In this document: one piece after another, positions 1-14,600 of the stretch
Position numbering within the stretch: the first letter of the stretch is position 1
Layout: every line of letters starts with the position of its first letter
NCBI RefSeq assembly: GCF_009914755.1
Contig: NC_060934.1
Length of the DNA: 64,000 bases
Source: the human T2T-CHM13v2.0 reference genome, Homo sapiens
Strand: one strand, 5' to 3'
The notes under the pieces: generated by a model
What the model saw: only the letters and a program-made list of their open reading frames with translations
Databases searched by the model: none
What the model was told of the DNA's origin: nothing
Translations under genes and position numbers: made by a program

Positions 1-1413
1 CTTCAAGACTAGGTTTTCCTGTATGCTCACAAACTATTCAAAATTTAAGTTGTACAAAAAAAAAAAAAAAGGCAAAGTAAGATCCCTACTTCCTATTGTG
101 AAAATCAAAAAATTGATAGACAAAGTCATTAATAGACTAGGGGATTTGATTTCTATAAAAAGATACTTGCAAAGGTGCAAAGAAATGAGTGAAAAAATAA
201 AGGAACTAAGATTTACATTGCAATGTGTAATCAAGAGAGAACTCTAAGTGTTACTGTTGATTTAAAAAATACCTAAAAACATTTGATTCACAGCTTTCCC
301 CTAAGTATGTTGTTTAGTACAACTTACTAATAGGTTAAATGTAGGCGACATTGTCCCTTGGTAGCAGCTAAACTAAACGCACTGTTTCTCTTTGAGATGG
401 TCAGGGCTTCCACCATTAATACAAAGCATAACGAATTGTACATAACGTCTGGCTGCACTTACCATGGCTAACAGTGTCTCGGAGGATCGATCCACAAAAA
501 CACTGTCTGCCATGGCACAGAATGCCTGTGATTTATTGGTGGGTGGATTATCCATCGTGTATCTCTATGTATGTTCTCAGATTCTTGCCAGAATGTATTA
601 TTTGGCCTTTGGGTACCAAAAGATTAAAAATGAGATCTAAGAAAACTTAGTGTCCAATAGCTCTGACCCTGTCTACTTGCAGTGATTAAAGGCATATCCT
701 GACTTTGGGGGACTCCTGGCTGCTGGCCATTTGGAAAATGAGCAGTAAACATGTCGTAAGTCTGGAGATGAAGAGGATGCTAAATTTGAGGTGTCGTTGT
801 GACACTGAGATGTGGTCACTTGGCTTAGCGCTATAGCACATGAAGGCAAATATACATATAGTCACATTTTAGAGATTATTCATGGTCTCCGACCACTTGA
901 AAAAATTGTGCTTTCTCCGGAATTTGATGTGCTGAAAATTGCACTCGCCCCCTGCTTATTTGCAAAATGAAACATAAAAATGAAGTCCTTCGCAAACATA
1001 AGGCTTGCTTTTTCTTCTCATTATTTAAAAAAAAAATCAAGGCTTGAAAATAATTATGAGTTATAGCTGTGTACAGGGTGACAGCCTGCCATCTCGCAGG
1101 TTGATAATGTATTACTTGCAGATCGGGGGTGGGGGAAAATTTTTACTTATCATCTTTGACTACGTAAGTTTCATTTCAGATTTTACATCCCACATCAGTG
1201 AACTGCAAAGAACAGCTGGCAAGGAGTGACACAGAATACCTTGCTTCTGTTAATTATCTATTGGTACAAAGGCCTTTTTGGTACGCAGGGCGAGAAGTGG
1301 GAGGTGCCTGAATGGGCACCACAGTTCCCTCGATCCTATTCATTTTGGAAAAGTATTGACTTAAACTCCAGTGGGTTCTAAAGACGGCCTCGAGACTCCA
1401 GACACCGTGAGTG
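1..1413 (-). other. INSYN2A: INSYN2A 3' UTR (probably continues beyond the window's left edge)
   Basis: Follows the stop codon. AU-rich, with U-runs and no recognisable repeats. One AATAAA on the minus strand at 537-532. The true 3' end cannot be determined here. Confidence 0.75.
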
Positions 1414-1597
1414 TTAAAGGAACCAGAGTTTCCATCTTCCGTGCTTTTTAGATTCAGTTTTGGATTTTTGCTTGGGAGTTGAGGAGTAAGTCTCCTGAGA
1501 GTAAGGCGAAGGTATGACCTGAGTTTCCTCAATAGGGTGGAGTTTTCTTAGAACCGGCTGGAGTTTGTCTTCTTGCTGCTTAAAATCCAGCTCCACA
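1414..1597 (-). CDS. INSYN2A: INSYN2A last coding exon (S)VELDFKQQEDKLQPVLRKLHP...KKHGRWKLWFL*
   Basis: Acceptor ctctctctcttttctAG (1599-1598), within ORF 1414-1629, with TAA at 1416-1414. 1184+72+184 = 1440 nt = 479 aa plus stop. Confidence 0.95.
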
Positions 1598-4181
1598 CTA
1601 GAAAAGAGAGAGAGTGAAGACTTTAGCATTTGATCTTTTCCATATGAAGATCCCTCTTAGTGTCAGCAAGATTTGGGCATGATCAGTGTGTGTTTGTAAT
1701 GTAATTTTATGGTTTAATAATAGCAATTCGATATACTATGTTTTAGCTCTGTGCTCCCGTGAAATAGTTCAAGGAGGCTCACTTCCTTTGGAAAATAACT
1801 TACTTGCTTCTGTAGGTGAATCTTTAATATTGTGTTAATGTGCACAGTTGGTGTATGTATTTGTGGAAATGAAAAATGTGAAATATGAATAACCCCATTG
1901 TTTGTCCACAGTCTGTTCACATGGGCCTCATGGAGTAAAACAGAAAACCAAAAGTATGAGTGGGCAGGGGTCACCTTAGTACATCTATACCAAGTGCACG
2001 CAAGGTCCGTTCCTGTGCAATGTATCACAAGATCAGAGAAATCTATTTCTCTGATCTCCCACCTAAAACAATTCTGGAAGGAAATGACCTTGGCTGACAT
2101 TCTCCTTGTAAAAGCTTATCTGTCTGAAAATCTGATAAGGGCCATAGTGCCCAACGCTGGGGAAAATAGTGTGTTCATGGAGTCAACACCATTGAATGGT
2201 ACTCTGCCATTACTAACCACAGTTTCTTTGGGAGAAGCGTGGGGAGTGTTCAGTAAAGACAACACAGAAGTAAAATTCCATCACTCAAGCCATGGCGTGC
2301 AAGCACAGAGCCAATGTGGAAGCACATTTGCCAAGCAGTGATAATGTTTGCATTAGAAGATGGTGTTAAAGATGATTTTTGAACTATGTTATTTCTTACA
2401 GCATTTCTCCGAAAATTGCTGTCAACTTGTCTAGAGCCCTCTCGTCTCCATGTCTTTGAAAAGGACCACATTTGATCTTCTAACTTGGAGTCCTAACAGG
2501 TCTGCTTGGCAGCTGGGATAGGACCCCCGGTCCATGCATCGTTTTTCTGTGATGATCTCTGCATTGAGGAGTTCTGCTTCCCTTCCCACTCACCCTGTCC
2601 CTCCTTGGGACCTCTGCGTTCTGGGCCAGGCCTTGGGAGGATTCCGCTCTGTCCTCCTTCCATGTCTGGTCTGGATGCCAGACTAAATGTCAGTAGATTT
2701 CAGTAAAGGCTCAGCGTTGATGATAATGCATGAGCTCATAACATTTTATAACCAGTGGAACCGTAAACCATTTATAAACATGAAATCCTATTGATTTAGA
2801 GAACCATTAATCCTAGACAAATTTTGACATTTTGGAAAGACAGAAACAGCCAAGCTATATTATCTGGAGTTTTAAAACAAGTTCAGGACCCATCTAATGG
2901 GCCATTTCATGTTTTAAATCCACTGTTCCATTTTTCTCATTGTCAGTGACTCTAATATTACTCAAAAAATTAAAAAAAAAAATTGCCAGAGAAGTTTATG
3001 GCTAGTGACCTCCTGCTCCCAAAACAAGTTATCCTTTTCCCTTTTTTCGAAGAGCCTCTTTGAGTTATGCTCTAATTTATAGGAAGTAGAATAAAATCTC
3101 ATGAATTTAAGTCTTGCTAATCCAGACTACGTGATGATGGAGGCATAGTCTCTTCTAAGGACAGTTGTGAAAAGTGCAGTCTAAGGCTGTGCTGCATTAA
3201 TGAAATCCGGGCCTCAGTTCCGTGATGTGGTGCACTAGAAGGACATGGGGTTTCCACCCTGCCTCTTCCACCTGATGCTGGTTTGGGAGTCGGGGGCTCC
3301 TTAAACTTCAATTCTTTCACTTCAAGGGGGAGAAAATAGTTCCTTCCCAGGCTGTCGTAATTACTGAATTGTGGTGACAATCTCTCCCCACTGAAAAATG
3401 CCCATGAACGAGCCTCCTAAACTGTAAGATGCAATTTAAATATTATTGTACCATTATTATCTATTGATCACTAATCTTATAATGGAAACAAGAGCTAAGT
3501 AATAAAGATATCTATTAGGGATCTCTTCAACTTGGACATTTAACAAGGAAAACAAGAGCCTGTCAATCGAGTCTGTGAATATACGGTATGTTAGGTATAG
3601 AAGCGTAATTCTACCAAGGTGCTTTGGTAATATTGAAGGTGTGTTCTCCAGATCGTAACCGTTTCAACAGCCCCAGATTGGTTTTGGGTTATTAGAACAG
3701 AGAGAAGGCGCTAGCATCTCCTAGGCTAACAGTACAATTTCGGCTACCTGTAATTATTGAATTCCCATTAAGCAACTACACTGGGAATCCTGTTATTAAC
3801 CAATTTATCACACCAAGGAACCATGTAATCACAGAGTAATCTAATCTGAGTTCTTGTTAACAAAATGACTCGACTTTATCTGTCGAGTTGATTCCTGTTT
3901 GCACTCCCCATTATGCTGCCCTGGGAATCTGCAACCAGAGGCAGGTTCCTTGGTAGAGGGCACTTATGAGTCTGTGAGTGCCCACTTGGAAACGCCTGCC
4001 AGCAAGTTGACCCTGAGGTCCGCCCCCCAGCCCATCTCCCCATCTGTCACATGTGAGTTGCAGTGGATCTGCGTGTGGGATGACGCCCGTGCACCAGCCA
4101 GGCAACGTGTGCAGAGGTGTGAAGGAATAATGTGCATTGTTCTGGACACTGCTTCCTGCTCAAGGACTTTTCTTGGGGAAG

Positions 4182-4289
4182 CACACCAAGTCTCTCGGTT
4201 GAGTTTGACACACCAAGTCTCTGGGTTGAGTTTGACACACCGAGTCTCTGGGTTGAGTTTGACACACCGAGTCTCTGGGTTGAGTCTGA
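4182..4289. repeat. Minisatellite, 4 x 27 bp (CACACCRAGTCTCTGGGTTGAGTTTGA)
   Basis: Units start at 4182, 4209, 4236 and 4263, each differing from its neighbour by 1 nt. Confidence 0.95.
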
Positions 4290-4897
4290 AGCAGAAACCT
4301 GACTGGAGGAGGCAGCATCAGAAGGTTAACGGTCTGGCCAACTCTGGCTGACATCGAACAAAGGTCCCTTTAGTCTTAATAGCTAAATGGATCAAAAGGC
4401 AGCAACACCTGCTCTTCTGGTTAGAGTAGTGGACTTGGAGAAAAGCTGCCGGTAGATGTTCCAGGGCACTGGGACTGCCCTGCACACAGACCTCCCTCTG
4501 TATTTGAGACAGCGGCTTGTCCAGATAGTGCCTGGGGGCCTGCCTGGTGGAGGGCCCATGGCTCTTGCTTCAGCTTCCCCTTCCTGCTGCCCGGCAGACC
4601 TGTGGTGGGAGTGTTGGTTGCCCTACCTGGGGCCACATCTTTGTCCGGTGCTGCCAGCTTCATGATTATCACTTTCTCCCCACCTGAAACGCCTTTCTGG
4701 GCTCATGGCATGGCTGGCATTCCTTGGCCCACTGTTTCTCAGGTCCACATAACCTCCTTGTTGTCTGACCACCTTCCCAAATGTTGCCCAATCCATCCTG
4801 TCTTATTTGTTTTTGCACTAACCACAGATAATTATTCGTTCCCATATTACTTGCCTTCATCTTCCTAAATGCATCTTCTCGAATGCAGGCACCATAA

Positions 4898-5302
<405 letters not shown>

Positions 5303-7799
5303 CTACCTCACTTTTAGTCCCAGTTGCCCTGGACTGCTTTGTTTTGGCCAAAAATTATGTTGTGTCCTCCCCTGTGTCCTCCCACAATGAGACCCCTTCC
5401 TTGCCACAGACAAATAGGGCTCTGCCTGGAGGCATTGTCAGAACCACTCCAGATGGAGTCTGTGGCCTGGTTCTATTCTATCAGAACTTATCGAAGATCC
5501 TGAAACATTTTCTGCAAGACATACTCCAGGATCTTTTTGGAGCCTGGCTCCCATGCCACGGTCCCCTCCTTTCCGTCTTCTAGGATTCTACAGTAAGATC
5601 TTGGATAGAATGGGTGGGGCCAGCAGGGTCTGCTTGTGAGTGACCGGCTACCACAGTCGCTGTGCTAAGGGGAGCGTGAGAGTTACTTTGTCCCCTTTTC
5701 ACTTGCCTGTGGACAGCAGGTGGAGGTCTAGCTGGATGTTTTCTGGGTGATGTTTGTTCTGAGCACCATCACGGTCCCAGGCCACCAGACGTGCTGTGTG
5801 CACCTGCTTTCCCAGGGCGGCTCCAGTGCAGGGGCTCATTCTACAGCCACACGGGCACGTGGGAAGCCGGGGCTCCAAACCTTGTTGTGGTTTCTGAGGA
5901 CTCTGGCTGTGGCTTTGCACAGTCCCCTTGCAACCTCCCAGGCCTCACTCTCCAGCAGCTCAGGAGGCAGGAGGCTGCAGGTGGTGCTGCTGCCCTCCTG
6001 CTGGAGGGATCTGGTGTTTGTAAAGCATGGGCAGGGGAGTGTCCATGTCATGAGGAATTCTTACTCCTGGGGAGGAGCAGCAGCCTGGAAAAAGTCCTGA
6101 TTCTTGAGATTCAAAGCATGAGTCTGAAGCAGCTGGAGCCAGGCCAGCCTTACCTGTGCGGGGTGTTCTGTCCTATAAACACCTGAGTCAAACACAGGCT
6201 GTAGATTTTGCTGGGTGAGAAGGGAAGATCCCTGGATGGCTGGGGATATTGACAAGACACGAATTCCTGGGGACTGTAGGGATTTACCTTTGTAGCCCTC
6301 TCGCTGCCTGCACCTCCATTCTCCCTCCAGATAAGGGAACCATCCACCCAAACACTCTGTGCCCTGGGGCTGTGTCGCCCTCGCTGTGCTCTTGGCAAGT
6401 CCCTGTGATGCATGATTAAAGCAACTGAGAGTAGATTTAATTTCTTGGTTGGTCTTTCCCTTTTCAAAATGAAAGTTTTAAGTGTGGGGACTTTCTTACA
6501 ACATGATTATTCTGTACATTTCCAAAGAAAGAAGAATCTGCCCTACATCTCAGGCTGCTCTCCAGCCTGCACCTAAGCTTTATTTTCTTCCCAGAGACTG
6601 TGCTAGGCTTTGTAGTAACACTTCTCCCCGCTGCCGCATGTGATTTTGCAGAGCGGCATCCTTCTTGCTTCTCCAGCTTATTCTCTGTTTGTCTCATGCT
6701 CCTATAAATACTCAGGCCCTGCCACAGTTTCTTTAGCAAGCTGTCACTGAATCCTCAAGATAATTTAAGAGGAACACATTTTTAAAGTTGCCTTCTGCAG
6801 TCGTCCATGTGTAACAGTTAAGAGTTAAAAGCAGGACAATCTGGTGCCCCGGAGCTTGCTTTCTGGAAGGGAAGAAAACCCTTTGTCTTTGGGGTCTCTA
6901 GCCTCGACAGGGCCATGTGGCTCGGTGGCCAGCAGGTCAGAGGCCTCTGCCTTTAATTCTCTTTGAATTAGATCTCAGAGTCTTCCCCAGTGCTAACCGT
7001 GGCTCTGTGCTGACTCAGGCTCTACCACTGTGGATAAATCACCTCACCTTGGGGACCTGAGCTTGCTTGGCTGTGAAGTGATGGCTGAGATGTGCTCCCA
7101 CTTCTCACAGCAGTCTCCTGGAACAAGGCCTGGGCCCAGGAGGGCAGGTGCACCAGGATGTGGGCTGGCTTTTATTGTGTAGCTTTGGGTAGGACCAGCC
7201 ATGTCCCCAAAGCGCAACAATTTATGTCAACTGACATTGGCGCCAACTTGGCCGGTTTTATGTGAGTGCCATGGGCAACACCAGCATTGTCCAGAGGAAA
7301 CTAAAAGTTGGGATCCGGATCCCAGGCCTGGCTCTCCCCCTTGCATGGGAGGTGAATTCAGGCAAGTCCTTTCTGGGCCTTGGTTTATGGATGTGACCCT
7401 GGCCACCTCTCCAGGCAATAGAAGAACCAGGACCCCAAATATTTGTTGTTCTCTTCTGAACACATCTCCGTGTGCATATCTGAGGGGCACTGGAAATCCA
7501 GCATGTCCAGAACCAGATCTTTCCCCCAGCCTGCATCTCTGTCCTTCCAGACTCAGCCTGCAGCCCCCATTCATCTCCCTGGATGACTGCAGACCCTGGA
7601 ATCAAGCTCAACTTGCTCCTCCTGCCTCAGCATCCCTGGGTCGAGTGGATTTACCCTCAGAACACCCGGTGTCCTTCCTCTCCGCCCACCTTCCACTGCT
7701 CTAGTCCAGAACTCCAGCAGTTTCCTCCTTGGCCATTGAAACAGCTTAGTCTCCCTCACTCTCTGTATTCTCTCCCTCTCCAGTTACCAGAGTCACCTT

Positions 7800-8135
7800 A
7801 GGAAAACTGGCAAACTCCTTCTCAAATCCCTGCTTATCCTTCAAAACCTAGGTCACACGTCACTCCTTCTTTCTGTGGATTTTCTAGAATAACAAAGTCC
7901 ACCCTCCCCCCTGCCTCATCCACACACCTCTGGGATGAGTTACTGCTCTGGCAGCATTGTCTCTAGGTTTCCATGAGAGCCTGTCTCCTGTGGGATCGTA
8001 GCTGTCTTCCCCCAGGTCTGTGAACTCATTGAAGGATGGACCATGTTTAATTCATCTTTTGTCTGCAGTGCATTTAGCACAGTGCTGGCTCCGAACCTGC
8101 TCTATTTGTTTGTTGAATTACAATAAACTGATGAA
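7800..8135 (+). mobile_element. L2 3'-end fragment
   Basis: tgtgaactcattgaagg...catttagcacagtgctggc...tatttgtttgttgaatt. Confidence 0.55.
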
Positions 8136-11100
8136 CTGAACCAAATCCCCTCACTTCTAATCTCAGCAAAGTGCTGCCGCCCTATTTTCTGTTTTCATTT
8201 AAAATTTATACATTTGTATAATTCTATTTATTCTGTCTATAGAATTTGTTATATACTATTTCTATATTATATACCTACATTAAATATATATGGATCTCAT
8301 CCTAATAGTTTAAAATATCAGTGGTTTGTAGTTAACTAGCTTTTCAACACTTTAAACATAGAAATGATTCACCGTGACTTTGTATCCTTCCTTTACCACT
8401 ATTTTACATGGTAGGTGCATTAATCAATGTTTATGGTATCACTGTAGGGCTTCAAATACCAGAATAAATGGCTAATCCATGATAGTAACACTCAAACTGT
8501 AAGATCTGTCCCCTTTTCCTGGTATACTATGAACAAGAAATTATGATTATAGTTTTTTTAAAAAAGCATTAGCCAGATATCCTAGCTGTATATTTTACTA
8601 TGAAGGATCCAAAGTTAGAGTTAGACGATGAGCTGAGCTTTCCAAATGCATCTTGGATGTTTTCCGTGACCATACTGGAGAACTTGCTTGACTGAAGCTC
8701 ATCCTAGGTGCCCATCTTACCTGTGGCACTCTCTGGAGTGCACCTGCGGCTCTGGGTCCTGAGCCTCATCTAGGTGCCTGGGTCTGAGGGCAGGTCAGAT
8801 GCACAGGGGTCAGAGAACCTGGCATCCCATAAAATAGTGCCACCGAGGAGCAGAGGCAGACCCAAGTCATTTGGATTGCCTCTGCCCATCGTAAGTTCTC
8901 CATGAGGAAAGACACCCCATGACTAACAGCACCGCCACATGTCTATGAAGCATATCTTATGCCATCCCCCTAGGAAGCCAGGAAGACGAGTCATGATAAT
9001 CAGAGGAGTCAGTCCTTTCTGAGACGTAGCCTGCAGAACACTGCTGTTCCTGACCTCAGTGAAGAACAGCCAGTTTTCCAACTTTTGACAGAAACTGTGT
9101 TATAACTGCCTTGAAAAGGAGATGACACAGGGCTGTTGTCCTCCTGTTCTAAGCTGGTTGCTGTGAGTCCCTCGTGGCCAACCCAACCCTGAGTGGGATC
9201 CCATGACCCAGGGCCATCACCTTGCCTGCCTGTCTCCTTTTGAAGATGGGAGTGCGTCTGTCTAGAGACATGGGTGACGTCCCGGGCTCCCAGTGTTGGT
9301 GTGAAGGCTACAAAGCCACCCTGCCTCCCTGGGCCACCAGCCCGGAACCCTGGTTTCTAGATGTGGTCAGGAGCTCCCACTCCATCCTGATACCCATTGA
9401 GAGCATCATCTCCACTAAATGTAGCAGTGATAGTTCTCATCACACACGGAAACCATTAGCTGCTTGTGTGTGTCATCTGGTGTCACCAGTGACCGGTCTA
9501 AACGTCAGCCTGTGCATTCCTGCAGGAGGTCCCTTCTCAAACAGGTTCTTTCAAGACGCCTATCTGTGAGGAAGAACCTGCCCTGGGGACCCCGCACCCT
9601 GAATTCCCTAGTCACTCTATTCCCCATGGAATTTCATACGACCCAGCCCTAGACATCGTGGCCAGGACTGCGTCCCGTATTTACCCCCAGAAAAATCTCC
9701 ATACTCATCTAAACATGAATTATCTTTATCTTCCCATGAAACTGACAGCGTAGTCCCCTCATGCTGTTTTGGACATTGGTAAATGCCTCCTTAACTTTGA
9801 CCTTGGGGTATAACCAAAGGCTGGGACTATCAGTATAATTAGCCTTTCTCTGCTAATAAATTTTAACTAATTGTTTCACAAATAATATGTTGAGATGGGT
9901 AATCAGTTTTAGTTACAGTTAATGGCTGTAACAAGTTTCCTAGCATCTAAATAAGAGAATTAAGGCATTGCTAAACATTAGTAAAAATGACTAAACCTAA
10001 ATCCGTACATATTCGAGGGACATAAATAATATATTTTTGGATTTCAAATAGAAAAGAAAAAACTTGGATTATTAGCTTTGGGAATTTTCAAGAAGAATTT
10101 AGAGATCTGTCAGAATCATTCTTTTTTCCTGACTTCATTAAACAAAAGTATTTCCTTACCCCAGAATAACATTGTGTATGTAAGGTGTTATCCAGGGATT
10201 CCTTTCTCTCATCTTCCTACCCTGTCACTCACCATAAATACTAAGAACAGAGCACTAAACATTAGGCAAAAGGCGAATTTCCCCCACCTCAGTTCATGCT
10301 GCTAAAGAACTTAATATGCACAAGTGGTGGTCATTGAAGCAGGGCTGGAAAGGGCACTTCCATGAAGAGATAATCGCTGAATGACAAAGGCTGCAGAGAC
10401 TCCACTCCAAGTGGGCTCCGGACAGGCTGGAATTGGCACGGATTCTGCATACAAATGCAATTACCACTCTTAACAATAGGTCTCCATTAGTCAGGAGGTG
10501 CCCGGTTCTGCCGGCTGTCTTGATCGTGCACTATCCTGACCAGCTTTCTTTTTGCAATACACTCGGAATCAGTGAAGTGCCAGTGTGCGTGATTTTATCT
10601 AGAACTCTTTGCACCCTCTGTTTTGTGGTCTTATTGGTGTTGTAATACATTACCAAGAATGATGTGAGAAAATACAACCCATCACTTTTGTGAATTCTTC
10701 ATTCAGTCTCATAATGTTAGATATTTTCCTCATCTTTCCTGAAATCCTCCAGTCATTTGGGGAAGGAACTTGCCTTCTTTTGGAGCTTCCTACTTGAGAA
10801 GCCGTCAAGGATTGTGGTGGACTGGGATGTTCTCCAGCCTGTCTAAGGGGGAGTGTTCACGGGTCGCGAGGTTTCCCATCCATCCTTGGGGGTGCCCTGG
10901 CTGTTTGTCCTCCTAGTTCCTGCCAGTTGTTCCTAACGCCGTAGCCTGGAGGGCTCTAGAGAGGCCATCCAAATCCTCCCTAACCTGGCCTCCCTCCACG
11001 ATTATCTTGTTTTCTTTGGAGTCTGCTTTGCCAGGTCGGGCACCCTGGCTTCCTTCACCTCCTCCTCGCCTGCCTTTTACGTCCTTGCACCTGTGGCTCT

Positions 11101-11354
11101 CACCTTCCGTACAGAGGGCTCTCTCTCGCCAGAGCTCTGTCCTTACCCTCATCCCGGGGTCCCAGGGTAAGGGGCATGCATGGAGGTGTCTTCAGCAGCT
11201 TCACACTCCTCCCAGTCTCCCAGGGCCTGGTGCAGAACTTGTCCTTAGGAGGTCCCTTGAAAAACACCTGTTCAATTAATACCCTTTAGGACCCCAAATG
11301 GAAAGGGCTAAGGCATTTTTATCAAAGTGGTTGTTTAAAATTCCACCTGTCCTT

Positions 11355-11688
<334 letters not shown>

Positions 11689-14600
11689 TCATATCAAACA
11701 GTGAAAGCATGGAGTACACAGCAATGCGTTTCACAAGCTCCCCCTCTCTGATGTCAGACAAGTGGTGTGGAGCCTTGTGGCGTTCCCATCCAGTCAGGTT
11801 CCAAGCCCACTCATTGATCCACTGCAGAATTATTAGTGTCACTTGAGGCCACTTTGTGTGGTGGCTGTGATGATCCAGAAATGAAGCAGACACAGCGTGC
11901 TCCGGGAGGATGTGGTCACTCAGGGCTTGCAACTGATGGTAGGAATTCTACCACTTGACGAGAAGATTCTAAATTCTGGGAGAGATGCTGTTTAATGAAT
12001 CTGAGTCAGAATTCCTGTTATGTTTTAAATCTTGCTTTCATCTCCAAAAGCCCTTGGATTGCAGTTGGTCCATGTTATTTTCATGAAAATGTACACATTA
12101 GAATTCAGGCCATTTTGTCGCAGTACTATGTTACAAATTAACCATTTCAGCGAAGGAGAGAATGGCTGGTTTGCCGATGATGTTTCATTGTTCCTTTCTG
12201 AAACCACATCCGAACAAAAGCTGAATCATCCGTGGTGTGACTCATCAGATTAGTCCGACAAAAGAATTACCAAAATAGGGCTGGAGAGAAGAAATTTCAG
12301 CTGCTTATGAGCAAAGATTATATTAGTAATTTATCCACAAAACATTTTCTGAAATAATTACGGCATATTTTGACAAGAAATATGGAAGATAAGCCAGAAA
12401 AGTTTTCCTAAAGAAAACGGAAACTGGAATCTCTTTTAATCTTCTTTCATGCTGAGATGGTTTTAATTAGAGTAGCACAGTCGGTCTGCATCACAACCGA
12501 AGGGATGTCTGTCATCTTAGAAAAAGATGTAGCTGTGTCAACCATCTCAAAATTTGTCAGAAAGATCACGTTTGGTACTTGGGGTTTCAGTGGTCTAGGA
12601 GGAAGCCCATCAATCCTCTGCCGAAGAAGTGTTACTCAGCTCTGAGTCAATAGATTTGCCAATAAGGGAGAGGTGTTTTTCAGCTGAGGAATGCCTTGTG
12701 ACTCTCCACACTTTTACCCTTCTGTGCAGTCTCTTGAAACCCATAGTTACATCCCTTGCATAATTGTAAAAAGCAGCTCCTGGGATTTCAGATCTGGAAG
12801 GGACCTTGATGATCCCTTAGTGCAACCCCAGAGGACCTGGAGACTGAACAGACACCCCACCCAAGAGAGAGGGCAGAGAAGCTCAGCCCTAACCTTGCAG
12901 GTACGCGGCAGGCTCTCACGGGCTGATGTTTCTCACCTTTCGCTTGTCGTACTGGTGGTTTTCCCCCCGCCTTGAAATTGCATCAAGACCGTTTGTCCTT
13001 TTGATGCTTTTCCCTAGTCCTCTATATTTCCATGACAGAATTATTTTTCACAGAGAAATATGTACCGCCTCCCATGGCAAAGGTACCCATTTATTACAGG
13101 CCTGTGGTGCTAAAGCCCCAGGCAGCCGGGTCTTGAACACAGTATCCTTTTCATCTCCCTGGGCCAGGCATTACTGGAAACACGGTGGATAGCTATGCTG
13201 CTCGGAGAGGGTAATTGGGTTTCGAGTGAAAAGCGGTGTTTAAATGCAAGACAGGCAGGGTCAAATTCATTTCCCTCCAGGGCTTTTGGCCTTCCAGAAA
13301 GCAGGGTATGACAAATTACAATGTGTGAACACTGGCAGCTGTGATGGCCCCACGTGTTCTCAAGCCTCTGGGACAACCACAGTCATGTGACATTTTAAGA
13401 TTTATTTTGAAATTCCTTTAAGCTACCCAATCCCGGGGTGTTCCAGGCATCCCATGGTGCATATGGAGAAGTGGGTTGTAATGGTGGTGTAGGGACTCAC
13501 AGGAAAGTTCCTGAACTCCCGGATTCAGGTCCTTGCAACTAAGAGCCAGGCTTTGATCTGACAGCAAGGACTGTAACCTGAGCTATACTTTCCCCTGCTG
13601 CTGGAATTGTGTTTCTACAGATTCATATGCAGGAATTCAAGGAGGACTTGGCTGTAAGTTTGCATGGGAGAACAAGACATGGATGTAGATTTGTAAAGCC
13701 TTTGAAATTTGGAGACACCCTCTGGCTCACTTGGAGTCTATACTTCCGAGATGCTGTGGCCACCCATGTACACTGCTACTGAGTCACCTGAATAGGTGAC
13801 TCCTCCTGCCCAAGGAACTCACTGGGTTCTGAACACTTTTCTACCGAAGAAACTTCTATTCTTAAGCTTCTGACATTTGGGGGTGACTCACAGAACTGAC
13901 CGCAAGCTGCGAGGTCATCCAGCTCAATCCCCATTGCTCACCCTCCCCTTTCTCTTTGCTCAGTGGGACCCTGAGGGAAGTGACCTGTCCCTGTGTATCA
14001 GCAACTCTCAGCCACCAGGGCAGAATCACACAGACCAGTGCTTGGTAGTCAGATAGGATTACATAAGCCCTCTTAGCTGATGTGCTAGATTAACCATATG
14101 GCCCTGTCCTTTCACGACATAAGTGGTGCACCCATGATGCTGGGACCCTTAACTAACTGGCTTCTCTGTCTTTGTCCTGTGACTCTCTGTCCTTACTTCT
14201 CAAGGTTCATGCTTACCAAGAGGATGCTAGATTTGTTCCTGGACCTGTTTATACAATTAGTACTCACTATTGAAATGATGTGATTATTGAATGTCATGCA
14301 AACCACTGAGGCATGAGAAGATAGTCATTGCTGTGGATTCAGTGCTTTGGAAAGAGTGGGGTACCACAAAATATTCAATGAAAAAGGTAGAGACAGGTCA
14401 AGTATGGATTCAGAAGGATTCTGATCTCAGATTCTGCCACAGGACTTTGCTCCACTTTAAAGACAGGAAAATTGGTGTGGCTCATGGCAGATCATTTGAA
14501 ACTGTAGTGGGGGTGCCACATTCAAAGAAAACGTCTGGGCCTCACCTCTAAAGGCTGCCCTAACTTGAAATCATTCAAATGGGAGATTTCAATTCATGCG

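Noticed and set aside
4182-4289. CRISPR-like appearance of regular repeats
   Set aside because: The units are head-to-tail with no unique spacers, and the DNA is eukaryotic.
3899-4351. 150-aa ORF with repeated THRVSGLSL
   Set aside because: The periodicity comes from the 27-bp minisatellite. No evidence of coding.
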